A program made the position numbers and the translations under genes. 64,000 nucleotides of DNA from an uncultured virus (IMG/VR IMGVR_UViG_3300025061_000003) (taxonomy: Duplodnaviria > Heunggongvirae > Uroviricota > Caudoviricetes): the IMG/VR virus record IMGVR_UViG_3300025061_000003; one strand, 5' to 3'. Position 1 is the stretch's first letter. Every line of letters begins with the position of its first letter. The notes beneath the pieces are model-generated. The model ran no database searches. It had not been told where the DNA came from and saw only the letters and a list, made by a program, of their open reading frames with translations. Of this stretch, positions 40,558 to 50,830 are shown piece after piece.

Positions 40558-41628
40558 ATGACAGATATTTTACAATTAACAGAGAAACAACAAAAAATTA
40601 TTAATTCTGAATTTCAACAGCCAAAAACAAAAATTTTTGAAAAGTTGAAACCTCAATTTTTAAGTAAAATTAAAGATGCTATTCAATTTATTGATAAAAC
40701 AAAAGATGACAATATAGAAGATTACATTGTTTATTTTGATAATCGACTTTTTGTTATTAATATTAAAACAGAAAAAGAAGGCGAAAAAGAAATAATCAGC
40801 AATTCTCATGCGATTGAAGATATTTCAGTATTTGATGCTTTGTTTACTGATGAGCGTAAATATGTTGCACACTCAAAAGAAGTTGCTGAACTCTACATTT
40901 CTCAACGTGGGTGTTTTAATGATGGTAGTATTGAAATTTTTGATGTTGAAAGTGAAATTGAAAATGCAAAACACAATGGTTTATTTAATGACGATAAAAC
41001 CATTAAGCAACAATACCGATTTAAAATGAATACACCACATCAAGCTATTATTGATATTGTGACAAATCTACTATCTCAGGTAGAAAAAGAGTATGATAGC
41101 TATATTGAACAAATTGAAAAAGAAAATTCTATGGAAGAAAATGATGACATTTTTGTTTATGATGACATTATCTTTTATCAAGCAGTTGGTGAATTAGACG
41201 AAGAAGAAAGTAATACACCTAAATTACTAAAAACTCTATCAATGGAAGAAGATACTAAATATTCTGAATTCTCTTTTGATAATAATCTTTCTCTTGATGA
41301 TAGTGACTCAATTAATTTCCCTTTCTATACAGATAAAGAAGCATTTTCTGAATTAGTAAATGAAAATGTTCATATCAATAGAATGCTTAATTATTTTAAA
41401 GACTTTTATGGTCTTAAAGATTTTTATATTATCGCTAAAAGCAAAGATGAAGAAGATTATATTTTTTATACAGTAACTAATAAAGATGAAATTGAATTTT
41501 TTGTGTTAATTACACGTAATGATTTTAATAAAATTCAAATTGAACGACTTAGTGTAAAAAATAATTATATTAATCGAGAACGATTTAAAAAGTCTATTTC
41601 ATTTAAACGAGCAATTAATGATTTTTAA
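40558..41628 (+). CDS. acidic hypothetical protein, C-terminal AINDF
   Basis: 356 aa ORF. Confidence 0.7.
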   Translation: MTDILQLTEKQQKIINSEFQQPKTKIFEKLKPQFLSKIKDAIQFIDKTKDDNIEDYIVYFDNRLFVINIKTEKEGEKEIISNSHAIEDISVFDALFTDERKYVAHSKEVAELYISQRGCFNDGSIEIFDVESEIENAKHNGLFNDDKTIKQQYRFKMNTPHQAIIDIVTNLLSQVEKEYDSYIEQIEKENSMEENDDIFVYDDIIFYQAVGELDEEESNTPKLLKTLSMEEDTKYSEFSFDNNLSLDDSDSINFPFYTDKEAFSELVNENVHINRMLNYFKDFYGLKDFYIIAKSKDEEDYIFYTVTNKDEIEFFVLITRNDFNKIQIERLSVKNNYINRERFKKSISFKRAINDF

Positions 41629-41702
41629 ATAGTTAATTAGATCAATAATAAAAGGAGAATAAAACTTCTCCTTTTCTTTTCTATTACTTTTTGAGGTGAA
41701 TT

Positions 41703-42272
41703 ATGAATATTGAAAAATCAATATCAGAACTTGACAAAAAACATAAAAATGAAAAAGCCAAACTCACTAAAAAACAAAACAAAGAATATATTGATTTTGT
41801 TGAAGAAAAATTAAATTCATTACAAGAACCAAAATTAAAAAACGCTTTATTTTCTTTCTATCAACGCTGCTTTGGTGTTGAATGTAATTCCATTAAAGCC
41901 ATTTTAAATAAAGTTAAAAAAGATGAACTTCAAAGAAGACTTATTGAAGTTTATGAAAGAGATGACAACTTATATTGTTTTAAAACTCTTTATAATGCTT
42001 TATCAGAAGATGCTAAAAATGAAATAAAAATGATACTTTCTAATAATTTTAAAGAAGAAGATAATATTGATCCTGAAACTGAGTTATTTATTAAAAGTGA
42101 TGCTATTTTATTTACAATAGAAAAACTCAATCAACAAAAAGTTTTTCAATTATTAAAACAAACAACTTTTTTTGAATCTGAAAGACTTCAAGATTTTATT
42201 TTTGGCGGGTTTAAAAAAAGTAATGGTTACTATAAACGATTAATGCAACAATATAGTATAGATAAATTTTAA
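41703..42272 (+). CDS. hypothetical protein, C-terminal SIDKF
   Basis: GAGGT SD. Confidence 0.7.
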   Translation: MNIEKSISELDKKHKNEKAKLTKKQNKEYIDFVEEKLNSLQEPKLKNALFSFYQRCFGVECNSIKAILNKVKKDELQRRLIEVYERDDNLYCFKTLYNALSEDAKNEIKMILSNNFKEEDNIDPETELFIKSDAILFTIEKLNQQKVFQLLKQTTFFESERLQDFIFGGFKKSNGYYKRLMQQYSIDKF

Positions 42273-42332
42273 TTTAGTTTATAAATCAAGAGAATTAGAG
42301 TTATTAAATAAAAACTCTAATTCTTTTAAATA

Positions 42333-42956
42333 TTATTTTTTTATCTCGTTTATTAAAACTTTAAAATTATCTGTTCCTTTAATATTTTCCATTTTCAATT
42401 TCTTATCACCAACTAATATAGTTGGAACACCAGTTACAGGCAACTTATTTGCTTTAATTTGATTTCTTATGATTAACTCTTTTAATTCTTCACTATTATA
42501 ATATTTTTCTATATCCTGCATTTTTGCAACTGTATTTTTTTCAATTACTTTAAATGCTTGGCTTACACTTGCATTTTGAGTGTGATAAAGGTCAAATAAT
42601 TCATATATTACTTTATTGTTGTTTGAAAAATGTTTAGCAGTAAACATTACTTTTGATAGTGATTCAAATCCCCTACCCCAACCTACAGGAACAAACTCTA
42701 TATCTTTTTGTATATCTCTAAAATTCTGCGTAAAATTATAACAATGTGGACAAGTTAGAGATACAATCGCAACAACTTTTTTGTTAGAATCATATAAATC
42801 ACCGTCAACTTCAGTATAATGTATACCTTCTTTTATATTATCAGGTGTTATTGTTTCTGGCACTCTATTATATGTTAACATTATTATAAATAAGGCTATT
42901 AAACCAGAAAATCCAATAATTAATTTATTTTTTAATTTTTTACTTTTTCTACTCAT
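42333..42956 (-). CDS. dsbA: DsbA-like thiol:disulfide oxidoreductase
   Basis: TM anchor, EGIHY, CPHC, GVPT cis-Pro loop. Confidence 0.85.
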   Translation of the reverse strand: MSRKSKKLKNKLIIGFSGLIALFIIMLTYNRVPETITPDNIKEGIHYTEVDGDLYDSNKKVVAIVSLTCPHCYNFTQNFRDIQKDIEFVPVGWGRGFESLSKVMFTAKHFSNNNKVIYELFDLYHTQNASVSQAFKVIEKNTVAKMQDIEKYYNSEELKELIIRNQIKANKLPVTGVPTILVGDKKLKMENIKGTDNFKVLINEIKK

Positions 42957-43205
42957 ATTTTCTTTCCTTTTTTTTGATATTCTATATAAAGTTTAAAAAA
43001 ACTCAACAGCAATGATATTTTTAATTTTAAATCTCCTTATTTTGTAAATTTATTACATTTTTTTTGTTTTTTTTATGTAAATATTGTAATTAATAAATAT
43101 TTTTGTAATTTTATTTCAAAAAAAGCTTGATTTTTGTCTAATTTATGTCTAATATACAAAATATAAAGAAATTTAATTACAAAAAGACAAAACTGGAGAA
43201 CAATT

Positions 43206-43514
43206 ATGCAAAAAATTATTTTATTATCAACACTAATGCTATCTACTTCTGTTATGGCTGCTAATACACATAAATCCATTACAGTAGATCCTTCTTTTAC
43301 TTCAAAAGGTGCTATTGAGCTTATTGAAAATTCTGATAAAGTTCAAATTATGGGTAAAAAAGTTAATGGTAAACAAACCTGTTGGGTTGAAGCTACCAAA
43401 GATGGGGCTGTATTCAAGTCAGAAACACTTACTGTTTCACGAGGTAAATTTGTACAAGATCCATTAGATAGCTGCATTTCTTCTGAATCTGCTTCTGCTT
43501 TACTTAAATCATAA
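43206..43514 (+). CDS. secreted hypothetical protein
   Basis: signal peptide ending VMA-A; GGAG SD. Confidence 0.7.
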   Translation: MQKIILLSTLMLSTSVMAANTHKSITVDPSFTSKGAIELIENSDKVQIMGKKVNGKQTCWVEATKDGAVFKSETLTVSRGKFVQDPLDSCISSESASALLKS

Positions 43515-43598
43515 TTTTTTTAGTAATCCTCTTTTTTCTTTGACTTAGTATCTTTGTTTTGATATTATATACACTCTTAGAATTTAGAGGATTTTTTT

Positions 43599-44759
43599 AT
43601 GGAACATTATCCAGTTTACACACACGGCTCAGAAGACTCATTAGACCATGATATCTATGTTATCATTGATAAGCCTATGGATAATCATCCTTCTAAAAAA
43701 CTTTGTGAACAATACCTTCCTGCTAATGCAAACCTTTTAGTTATTGAAGACGGTGTTGTTACATGGTCTTACAAAGGTACTATTGATGAGTGCAACAACT
43801 CTCTTTATCATACCTATGATTTGCATGAACAAAAGTTTAAATTTCCTATTGAAAGAAAATTACAACGTGATTTTTCTTTAAAAATGCTTCGTACTATTCG
43901 TGGTATTCTTTCTTATGTATCACGTACTGAATTACGAGTGGAAATTAAAAAAGCATTACGTTCTTCTGATATTCAAGTTAAAATTGATGCTTTGAAATTG
44001 ATTGACTTAACTAAAATTGAAGATTTTGTGAAAAATGATAAAATTGAAGTTTATAAGTTCCTTGCTTTTCAGTTAGGACAAACTATTTCTTTACTTGACG
44101 ATAATGAAGAACTCTTTACTAAATCTTCTGTTAAAGAAAAGTATCCTACAATGGTTGATTTTCTTTCTCGTAAAGAAACTGATTCTGTAATTGAATTACA
44201 ATCATTTTTAGAGCGTTTTATTGATATTGTTGAATCTTCTATTAAAACTGTTGAAAAACAGCCAGCGTTAATTCGTACTGATTTTCACGGTGTTAAAGAG
44301 ATTATTGATGTCAAAAAAGAAACTAAACTACCACCAGTCGCTGTTTTTGATTTAGATGGTACTTTATTTGAAGAAGCTTGGCGTAAAGAATATCGTGAAA
44401 ATAAAGATTATAAAACTTACTTTTCTTTGTGTGGTCAAGATAAAATTATTAAGAAAGTTTATGATATTCTTATTGATTATTATAACATGGGCTATGAAAT
44501 TTGGTTAGCAAGTGGACGTTATGAACCCGATGCTATGAAAGGCACACTTGAAGCATTAGAGCGCGAAAAAGTTCCTTATCACGGTATTAAACTACGTGGT
44601 AAAGGCAACTATGTTCCTGATTATGTTCTTAAACCTGCTTGGATGGCTAAATATATTGGACTAGACCGCATTGAAATCGTTTTTGATGACCAACCAAAGG
44701 TAATCGAAGGGTTTCAGAAAAAAGGTCTTAACGTTGTTGATGTTGCTGATTTAGGGTAG
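43599..44759 (+). CDS. fusion of nucleotidyltransferase-like domain and PNKP-type HAD phosphatase
   Basis: N-terminal HGSEDSLDHD; C-terminal DLDGTL, SGR, K, FDD. Confidence 0.75.
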   Translation: MEHYPVYTHGSEDSLDHDIYVIIDKPMDNHPSKKLCEQYLPANANLLVIEDGVVTWSYKGTIDECNNSLYHTYDLHEQKFKFPIERKLQRDFSLKMLRTIRGILSYVSRTELRVEIKKALRSSDIQVKIDALKLIDLTKIEDFVKNDKIEVYKFLAFQLGQTISLLDDNEELFTKSSVKEKYPTMVDFLSRKETDSVIELQSFLERFIDIVESSIKTVEKQPALIRTDFHGVKEIIDVKKETKLPPVAVFDLDGTLFEEAWRKEYRENKDYKTYFSLCGQDKIIKKVYDILIDYYNMGYEIWLASGRYEPDAMKGTLEALEREKVPYHGIKLRGKGNYVPDYVLKPAWMAKYIGLDRIEIVFDDQPKVIEGFQKKGLNVVDVADLG

Positions 44760-44763
44760 TTAT

Positions 44764-45147
44764 ATGATTGCTCAAATCATGACTAATATTAGTGGAGGAT
44801 CTTTTTCAAGTTTTAATAAAACAACACTACAAGAAGAAAGAGAACTTGTTCATAATGCAGTTCTCTCTTCTCTTGAATATATCGAATATGTTTATAAAAA
44901 AAATATTGAAATTGTTGATTTCAAATCTCATTCTATTAAATTTAATATAAAAAATAATAAAAGAATAAAATCTTTTTTTTCTAAAAATATAACTTCTCAA
45001 TATATTTATGAAGATTTAAGAAAATTTATTAAAAATAGCAGAAGATTTAAAAACAACATTTTAATTTCAATTAAAGACAATGAAATATTTTTTAAATATG
45101 AAGAAAGTGATAAAGTTAACCTTTCTAATAAACTTTCTGACTTTTAA
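44764..45147 (+). CDS. hypothetical protein, tandem family member 1 (KLSDF)
   Basis: similar to the next two ORFs. Confidence 0.7.
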   Translation: MIAQIMTNISGGSFSSFNKTTLQEERELVHNAVLSSLEYIEYVYKKNIEIVDFKSHSIKFNIKNNKRIKSFFSKNITSQYIYEDLRKFIKNSRRFKNNILISIKDNEIFFKYEESDKVNLSNKLSDF

Positions 45148-45158
45148 CAGGTGATTTT

Positions 45159-45563
45159 ATGAATCTTAATCAACACTTTTTAAGGCAATCTATTAATATT
45201 TTGGAACTTTCAAATTTTGTTGAAAATTGCCCTATTCGTAAAGAAAAAAATAAAAAAGAAATAAAAAATGCAGAAAATCAACTAACAATTATTGATTTTA
45301 TTGAATTTTTTAAAAAAAATAATGAAAAAAAATTTATTGTAAAAACAATAGATTATAATAAAATTTCCATAAAACATAAAAACTCAATTTTAAACTTTCT
45401 TTTTAATAAATATATAACTAAAAAAATTAAAAACACTATTCAAATGTTAATTAATAATAATTATAAAGATAAAATTATAATGTTTAATGAACAAGATACT
45501 TTTTGGTTTATTTCAGGTGATGAACAAAAAATTTCAATTTTAAATAAAATAAATGAATTTTGA
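45159..45563 (+). CDS. hypothetical protein, tandem family member 2 (KINEF)
   Basis: shared DTFWF...EQKI C-terminal region. Confidence 0.7.
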   Translation: MNLNQHFLRQSINILELSNFVENCPIRKEKNKKEIKNAENQLTIIDFIEFFKKNNEKKFIVKTIDYNKISIKHKNSILNFLFNKYITKKIKNTIQMLINNNYKDKIIMFNEQDTFWFISGDEQKISILNKINEF

Positions 45564-45601
45564 TATTTTATTTTTTATAGTATTATTTTTATATTTATTA
45601 G

Positions 45602-45949
45602 GTGATAAACATGGAATACGATAGCTATTTTAATAATTTTAATATTAATTATCTTATCAATAAAGAAATTATATTACATATCAGGCTATCCATACAACAA
45701 TTAAAATCTAAATATGCAAGTGCTGTAATATTTAAAGAGTCTACTGATACTTCTATTACTATTGATATTAACAATTCCTTTTTTAATCGCTTTTTTTATA
45801 AACTTAATAACAAAAAAATATTGCTATTTTTAAAAGAAGTTAATTCTATTAATGAAAATATTTTTATTTCTAATAAAGATAACACTTTTTATTTCAAACA
45901 TATTGGAAATGAAAAAGCAAAAATAGTTAAAAATATAGATAATTTTTGA
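45602..45949 (+). CDS. hypothetical protein, tandem family member 3 (NIDNF)
   Basis: shared DNTFYF...EKAKI region. Confidence 0.7.
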   Translation: MINMEYDSYFNNFNINYLINKEIILHIRLSIQQLKSKYASAVIFKESTDTSITIDINNSFFNRFFYKLNNKKILLFLKEVNSINENIFISNKDNTFYFKHIGNEKAKIVKNIDNF

Positions 45950-46005
45950 CTCTTAATTTTATATTTGTTATAATAAACATTCATTATAACTAAGAGTATA
46001 CTTCT

Positions 46006-46956
46006 ATGTTTGAAATTCCACAACATCTTCAATTTTATGATGATAGGGAACAAAAAAAGTTTTCTCAAACTTTTGAAAATAGAGAGTGTTATTATCTTGA
46101 GTCTACATTCTTAAAACCTATTTTTAGAGAATCTGATAAAATTAAAGTTTTATCTATCGAACTTTCTGAATGTGAAACAAAATACAAGTTTACAAAATTA
46201 TTAAAAGATATTTTCTTTGATATCTCAGAAGTTGTTGGTCTTGAAAAAAATATAAAATTTGCTTTTAATAGTAAAAAAAATAATTATATTTCTTACTACC
46301 ATCAATATAAAGATTCAGTATTTATTAATCGCTCTCTGTATGAATCAGTATTTAACCAAAGAAAAGAAAATTTAGAATCTGTTTCTAATCTTATTTATAC
46401 TCTTATTCATGAATTAGCACACGCAAAAGTTGACAAGTTATTTTCTTCTGATGGTATTCATATTCATGATTACTTTTTTATGGCTTGTTTATTAGAAAAC
46501 ATTAAGCAATTTACAGGTATTAATCTTAATGATATTTTAAACCACAAAGTAGAACTACCTTATCGAACAGAATCAAAAATTTATAATCTTGAAGAATATG
46601 CTCAATTTGCTGGCATTATGTCTACTTTACATGAAGATGAATTTTATTTAGTTGATAAATTTCATTCAATTGAAAAATTAAAAATTAAAATGATAAAGCT
46701 AAGTAATGAAACATTGTTTATAAAAGATAATAAAGATTGTTTTGATAATTTTAATATTCATAAAGCAAACATAGCTTATTTTCATAAAGAAGACAATGAT
46801 ACGCCTTTTGCTGATTCTATTTTTTATTTTTATAAATTAAATGGTTTTTATTTTCTTTATGAATTTAAACAATTAAAATATAAACTGAGGCATTTTGAAA
46901 ACTATATTACTTATTTAATAAGAATCAAAAACTTTTTAGAAAGAAAAAAGAGTTGA
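46006..46956 (+). CDS. zincin-like metallopeptidase (SprT-like)
   Basis: LIHELAHA...HDYFF. Confidence 0.65.
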   Translation: MFEIPQHLQFYDDREQKKFSQTFENRECYYLESTFLKPIFRESDKIKVLSIELSECETKYKFTKLLKDIFFDISEVVGLEKNIKFAFNSKKNNYISYYHQYKDSVFINRSLYESVFNQRKENLESVSNLIYTLIHELAHAKVDKLFSSDGIHIHDYFFMACLLENIKQFTGINLNDILNHKVELPYRTESKIYNLEEYAQFAGIMSTLHEDEFYLVDKFHSIEKLKIKMIKLSNETLFIKDNKDCFDNFNIHKANIAYFHKEDNDTPFADSIFYFYKLNGFYFLYEFKQLKYKLRHFENYITYLIRIKNFLERKKS

Positions 46957-47025
46957 ATTAATAACTTGTAATTGTTATTATACATTAAACTTTTAAATCA
47001 TTAAAATATTACGGGAGTCATTATT

Positions 47026-47511
47026 ATGTTATCACCTTTACAATCTCTAAAACTAACACTACCTGATTTACTTTCTTCTCTTGGTGATTTAAATCTTCCT
47101 TTTGAAAACTCTTTTGACATTGAAGACTTTGAAGTTAATCGTGATATTGGTCTTATTTCTTTTACAGGAGAAAAAGTATTAGTTAATACTTCTGAATTTT
47201 TTAAACTTCAAAAAGAAGAACAACTTTCTGCATTAGCTTTTATTAGTTTTTGTAAAGAAAACTATTCAGAATTTAAAGAAATCTCTAACTCAACTAACAT
47301 CGATCATCAAGTGCTTAATTTTGCAAGCCATTTCTATGCAATGAAACAACTAAATGATATTGGAATTGTTTTTGAACCTTCTTCTATCAACCTTATTAAT
47401 CTTAAAGAAGATGTAACTGTTTCTGATTCTTTAACTGACACTTATAATAAGTTTTTAGGACTTGGACTAGATAACGTTATTTCAAAATATGAATTATATA
47501 CTACCGATTAA
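47026..47511 (+). CDS. hypothetical protein, possibly a degenerate DUF2201-N-like peptidase fold
   Basis: FTGEKVLVNTSEFFKLQKEEQLSAL resembles the region before HEXXH, but the HEXXH is absent. Confidence 0.45.
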   Translation: MLSPLQSLKLTLPDLLSSLGDLNLPFENSFDIEDFEVNRDIGLISFTGEKVLVNTSEFFKLQKEEQLSALAFISFCKENYSEFKEISNSTNIDHQVLNFASHFYAMKQLNDIGIVFEPSSINLINLKEDVTVSDSLTDTYNKFLGLGLDNVISKYELYTTD

Positions 47512-47938
47512 TTTTGATAACAACGACTATATCTTATCAAGATTTAATAGAATAGATCTAACTGCATTGGATGTCTCAATGCAGTTAACTTTAAATTCAG
47601 AAATACAACACTCTACATGGCATTGTATGAGTAAATTATTTAGTGTTAAAGAATATAATTTGTATTTACAAGGCTTTTTTGAATTTGAAGATAATAATGG
47701 AAAATTATATTCATTAGTGGAAATTTTAAAACACTGTAATATTGAAGATATTTATAATATATTTTTAAATTTTAATAATACAACAAACTATCAATTAACT
47801 TCAAGTGCAAAGTTTTATATTAAATCTAACGATATGACTAAAATTGTTGCTATTGATACTATTAAACCAAAACCACTTGATACTATGTCTAAATATTTAG
47901 AAGATATTTTAATTTTTAAAAATACTCTTTCTTTTTAA
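47489..47938 (+). CDS. hypothetical protein, C-terminal NTLSF
   Basis: overlapping ORF. Confidence 0.6.
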   Translation: MNYILPINFDNNDYILSRFNRIDLTALDVSMQLTLNSEIQHSTWHCMSKLFSVKEYNLYLQGFFEFEDNNGKLYSLVEILKHCNIEDIYNIFLNFNNTTNYQLTSSAKFYIKSNDMTKIVAIDTIKPKPLDTMSKYLEDILIFKNTLSF

Positions 47939-47983
47939 TTTGTTTTATATTATAATATAGTTTTAATTTTGTGAGGTTACACT

Positions 47984-48259
47984 ATACAATTCAATGGTTA
48001 TACAGTATTAACAGCAGCAGCTATTTTTATTCCTTTATCAATTTCATTACCAATGATTTTTGAGCAAACCAAACCTGAAATTATTAAAGAAATTGTCGTT
48101 GATGTTGAAGCTTTGTCAAGCGAAGAAAAAAAAGACTACTTTCTTAATCTTTCTTATCAAACTTGCATCAAAGAAGCTGTTAAAGTAACATCTTCTGGAA
48201 ATGGACAAGCACGAAGTATTGCAGATGCTTGTGCTGAGTCTGTTAAAAAGCTTAAATAA
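47984..48259 (+). CDS. small membrane-anchored protein, possible ATA start
   Basis: GAGGT at 47973 precedes in-frame ATA 47984, adding a TM segment before ATG 48053. Confidence 0.5.
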   Translation: MQFNGYTVLTAAAIFIPLSISLPMIFEQTKPEIIKEIVVDVEALSSEEKKDYFLNLSYQTCIKEAVKVTSSGNGQARSIADACAESVKKLK

Positions 48260-48329
48260 TAACTTAAATGTTGATTTAATACTTTATTTTTGATATAATA
48301 GCCCTTTATCAACCAAGGGCTATTTTTTT

Positions 48330-49115
48330 ATGGATCTTCTACATTTAACTGATACACATCTTGAGTATAATCTTAGATTACAAGATTTTTATTCTGTTGT
48401 GCCTAAAAAAATTGCTGACGTTGCTTGTCTTACTGGTGATATTGCTGGTGGTACTCATGCGCTTCCATTTATCAAACATCTCTTAAATCTTGGCTATAAA
48501 GTGATTTATGTACTTGGTAATCATGAATTTTATGGTCACGATGTTGATGAATTAATTCAAAAATGGCGAGATATATCAAAAGATATAGAAAACTTCTATT
48601 TTTTAGAAGGCGATTCTGTTGTTATTGATAATGTTGAATTTTTTGGTTCTTGTCTTTGGACTTCTCTTGAATGTAAATCAAAAGAAGAAATGGTTGATTT
48701 TTTCTTAAAATTAAAAATCAAAGGTAATGAAGACTTTCTACAAACCAAAAATTGGTCAGTAGAAACCATGAAAAATAAACATTTTGAAGCACTTAAAAAA
48801 CTAAAAGCACTTATTGCTAATAGTAAAGCTGAAAAAAAGGTTGTTTTAACTCATTACTTACCAAGTTATCAAAGTGTACATAGCGCTTATATTAATAGTC
48901 CTATAAATTCTTTCTTTGCTACTGAATTAGGTTATTATATCGCTGAAAGCTATATTGATTTTTGGTTTCACGGACATACTCATACCAGTTGTAATTATAT
49001 TATTGATAATTTAACTGCTCATGGTTGTATGGTTAGTTGTAATCCTTATGGTTATAATGATATTAATATGGTTAATCCAGATTTTTCTTGGCATAACGTA
49101 ACGAAAATTAAGTAG
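48330..49115 (+). CDS. calcineurin-like metallophosphoesterase
   Basis: DTH, GD, GNHE, THYLP, HGHTH. Confidence 0.9.
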   Translation: MDLLHLTDTHLEYNLRLQDFYSVVPKKIADVACLTGDIAGGTHALPFIKHLLNLGYKVIYVLGNHEFYGHDVDELIQKWRDISKDIENFYFLEGDSVVIDNVEFFGSCLWTSLECKSKEEMVDFFLKLKIKGNEDFLQTKNWSVETMKNKHFEALKKLKALIANSKAEKKVVLTHYLPSYQSVHSAYINSPINSFFATELGYYIAESYIDFWFHGHTHTSCNYIIDNLTAHGCMVSCNPYGYNDINMVNPDFSWHNVTKIK

Positions 49116-49122
49116 GTAAATA

Positions 49123-49368
49123 ATGGCTTTTGAAATTTCAAATGAAGACATTTTAAATGTTGTAGAACGAGTTTTTAAAATTAAAATTTCTTTTGAATTA
49201 GCTGATAAAATTAAAAATGAATTTCTTGATTTAAGGAAAGTTAATAAAATGGCTTTTTATGGACAGATTTTAGAACAACAAGAAATATTTGCTTATGATG
49301 AACTTCATAAGCAAATAGAAGACAATAAAAGCAAGATTTCTTTAATACTTAATATTAATAATTTTTAG
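49123..49368 (+). CDS. hypothetical protein, C-terminal NINNF
   Basis: AGGT SD. Confidence 0.7.
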   Translation: MAFEISNEDILNVVERVFKIKISFELADKIKNEFLDLRKVNKMAFYGQILEQQEIFAYDELHKQIEDNKSKISLILNINNF

Positions 49369-49375
49369 GTGATAT

Positions 49376-50602
49376 ATGAAAAAATTTAAATCGACAAAAA
49401 TTTATCAATTCTTCTATAAATGGTATATGAATGAATATATCTATACAGATGAATTTATTCATAATTTGGATTTTTCACATTCATTATTTGATTATTATAA
49501 TGAAGCTATTGAACTGCTTGATATTTTTAAAAATATTGATAAAAAACTTAACAATAATGATTTAAAAAATCAAATCATTTTACAATTTAACAATAAAGAA
49601 GAATCTTTTCTTTTAACATTAAATAACTCTAAAAATGAAATTTTTGAATTTAAACCTATTGTTCTTATTAAAGAATTTACTGATTCTTATAGTGTTAGTG
49701 AGGATTTGTTTTATCACGATAATCAAATATTGAATATAAATAAAAACAATAGTATTTATTTTATTAAACATATTGAGGGTGATTACAAGGCTATTTCAAA
49801 AGATAATAAAAAACAGTTATTTACTTCAATCAATATGATTAATGGTGAATCTTTTAATATCAAAAAAATCACACTTTTTGATGTTTATTCTGATATAAAG
49901 GTTATTTTGAAAGAAAAATTAATTAATTTCTCTATTAAATATAATAATGAAATAAAAAAAATGAATGAGAATATACTTTTTTTAAATAATAAAGTAGTAA
50001 GAAGTACTTCAGATTTTAATATATTAAAAAACTATACTGAAAATGATATTTTGAAAGATATTCCTCTTTGTTTATTCTTTAAATTTAACCAAAAAGAAGA
50101 ATTTGAACATAAACCTAAATATAAATCCAAATATGGAATAAGCTCACAAGCAGGACTTTATTTTGCACAAGAAAGAATGAAATCTAATACTGCGAGATAT
50201 GATTTGAAAAATATAGATATATTTAATAATTTACAAAAACAACAAGACACATTTTTTAATATTTTAAATAATTTTATTCAAATAAAATATATTTTTTCTG
50301 AAAATAGAACTGCTTTTCAAGGGTGCGTAGGTTTTTTAAATTGCCAACGTAAAAAAACTAATAAAACTATATTTAATCCTTTAATTAATGAATATGAAGA
50401 ATTATATTCTTTAGAAGGTGATATTATTGTTTCTGATAATAGAAAAGAATTATGTTTTATTAGAATGTATTATACTAATCACTCTCTTTTATATTTTTCA
50501 ATAAATTCTAAAACTAAAGAAGAAGTAAAAAATATTTTTGATGCGGGTTTTAGCGATTATTATCAAATATATAGACTTCAAGAAAGTTTTGAAAACTTTT
50601 AA
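49376..50602 (+). CDS. hypothetical protein, C-terminal SFENF
   Basis: AGGTG SD. Confidence 0.7.
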   Translation: MKKFKSTKIYQFFYKWYMNEYIYTDEFIHNLDFSHSLFDYYNEAIELLDIFKNIDKKLNNNDLKNQIILQFNNKEESFLLTLNNSKNEIFEFKPIVLIKEFTDSYSVSEDLFYHDNQILNINKNNSIYFIKHIEGDYKAISKDNKKQLFTSINMINGESFNIKKITLFDVYSDIKVILKEKLINFSIKYNNEIKKMNENILFLNNKVVRSTSDFNILKNYTENDILKDIPLCLFFKFNQKEEFEHKPKYKSKYGISSQAGLYFAQERMKSNTARYDLKNIDIFNNLQKQQDTFFNILNNFIQIKYIFSENRTAFQGCVGFLNCQRKKTNKTIFNPLINEYEELYSLEGDIIVSDNRKELCFIRMYYTNHSLLYFSINSKTKEEVKNIFDAGFSDYYQIYRLQESFENF

Positions 50603-50830
50603 TTGACTTGAATTTATACATTTGTTACAATAAACCTAATCTCACAGTTAGAAGTCGGTAACGTTGAGATCGGGTTTATTGTTTTCCTGCCGCTCACAAT
50701 GGCGAAAAATCTCTTACTTTTTTATATAACTTTTTTAATTAAACCTAAATTCTTGTGTTTATTAAAATGTTAAGTGAGTAAACTACCGCAAAATAAAACT
50801 AAAACACAAGTAAACTTATAGGATTTAATT
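50603..50830 (+). promoter_or_regulatory. promoter plus ~190-nt structured 5' leader
   Basis: TTGACT-17-TACAAT; hairpins, one pairing across the SD of ORF 50831. Confidence 0.55.
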
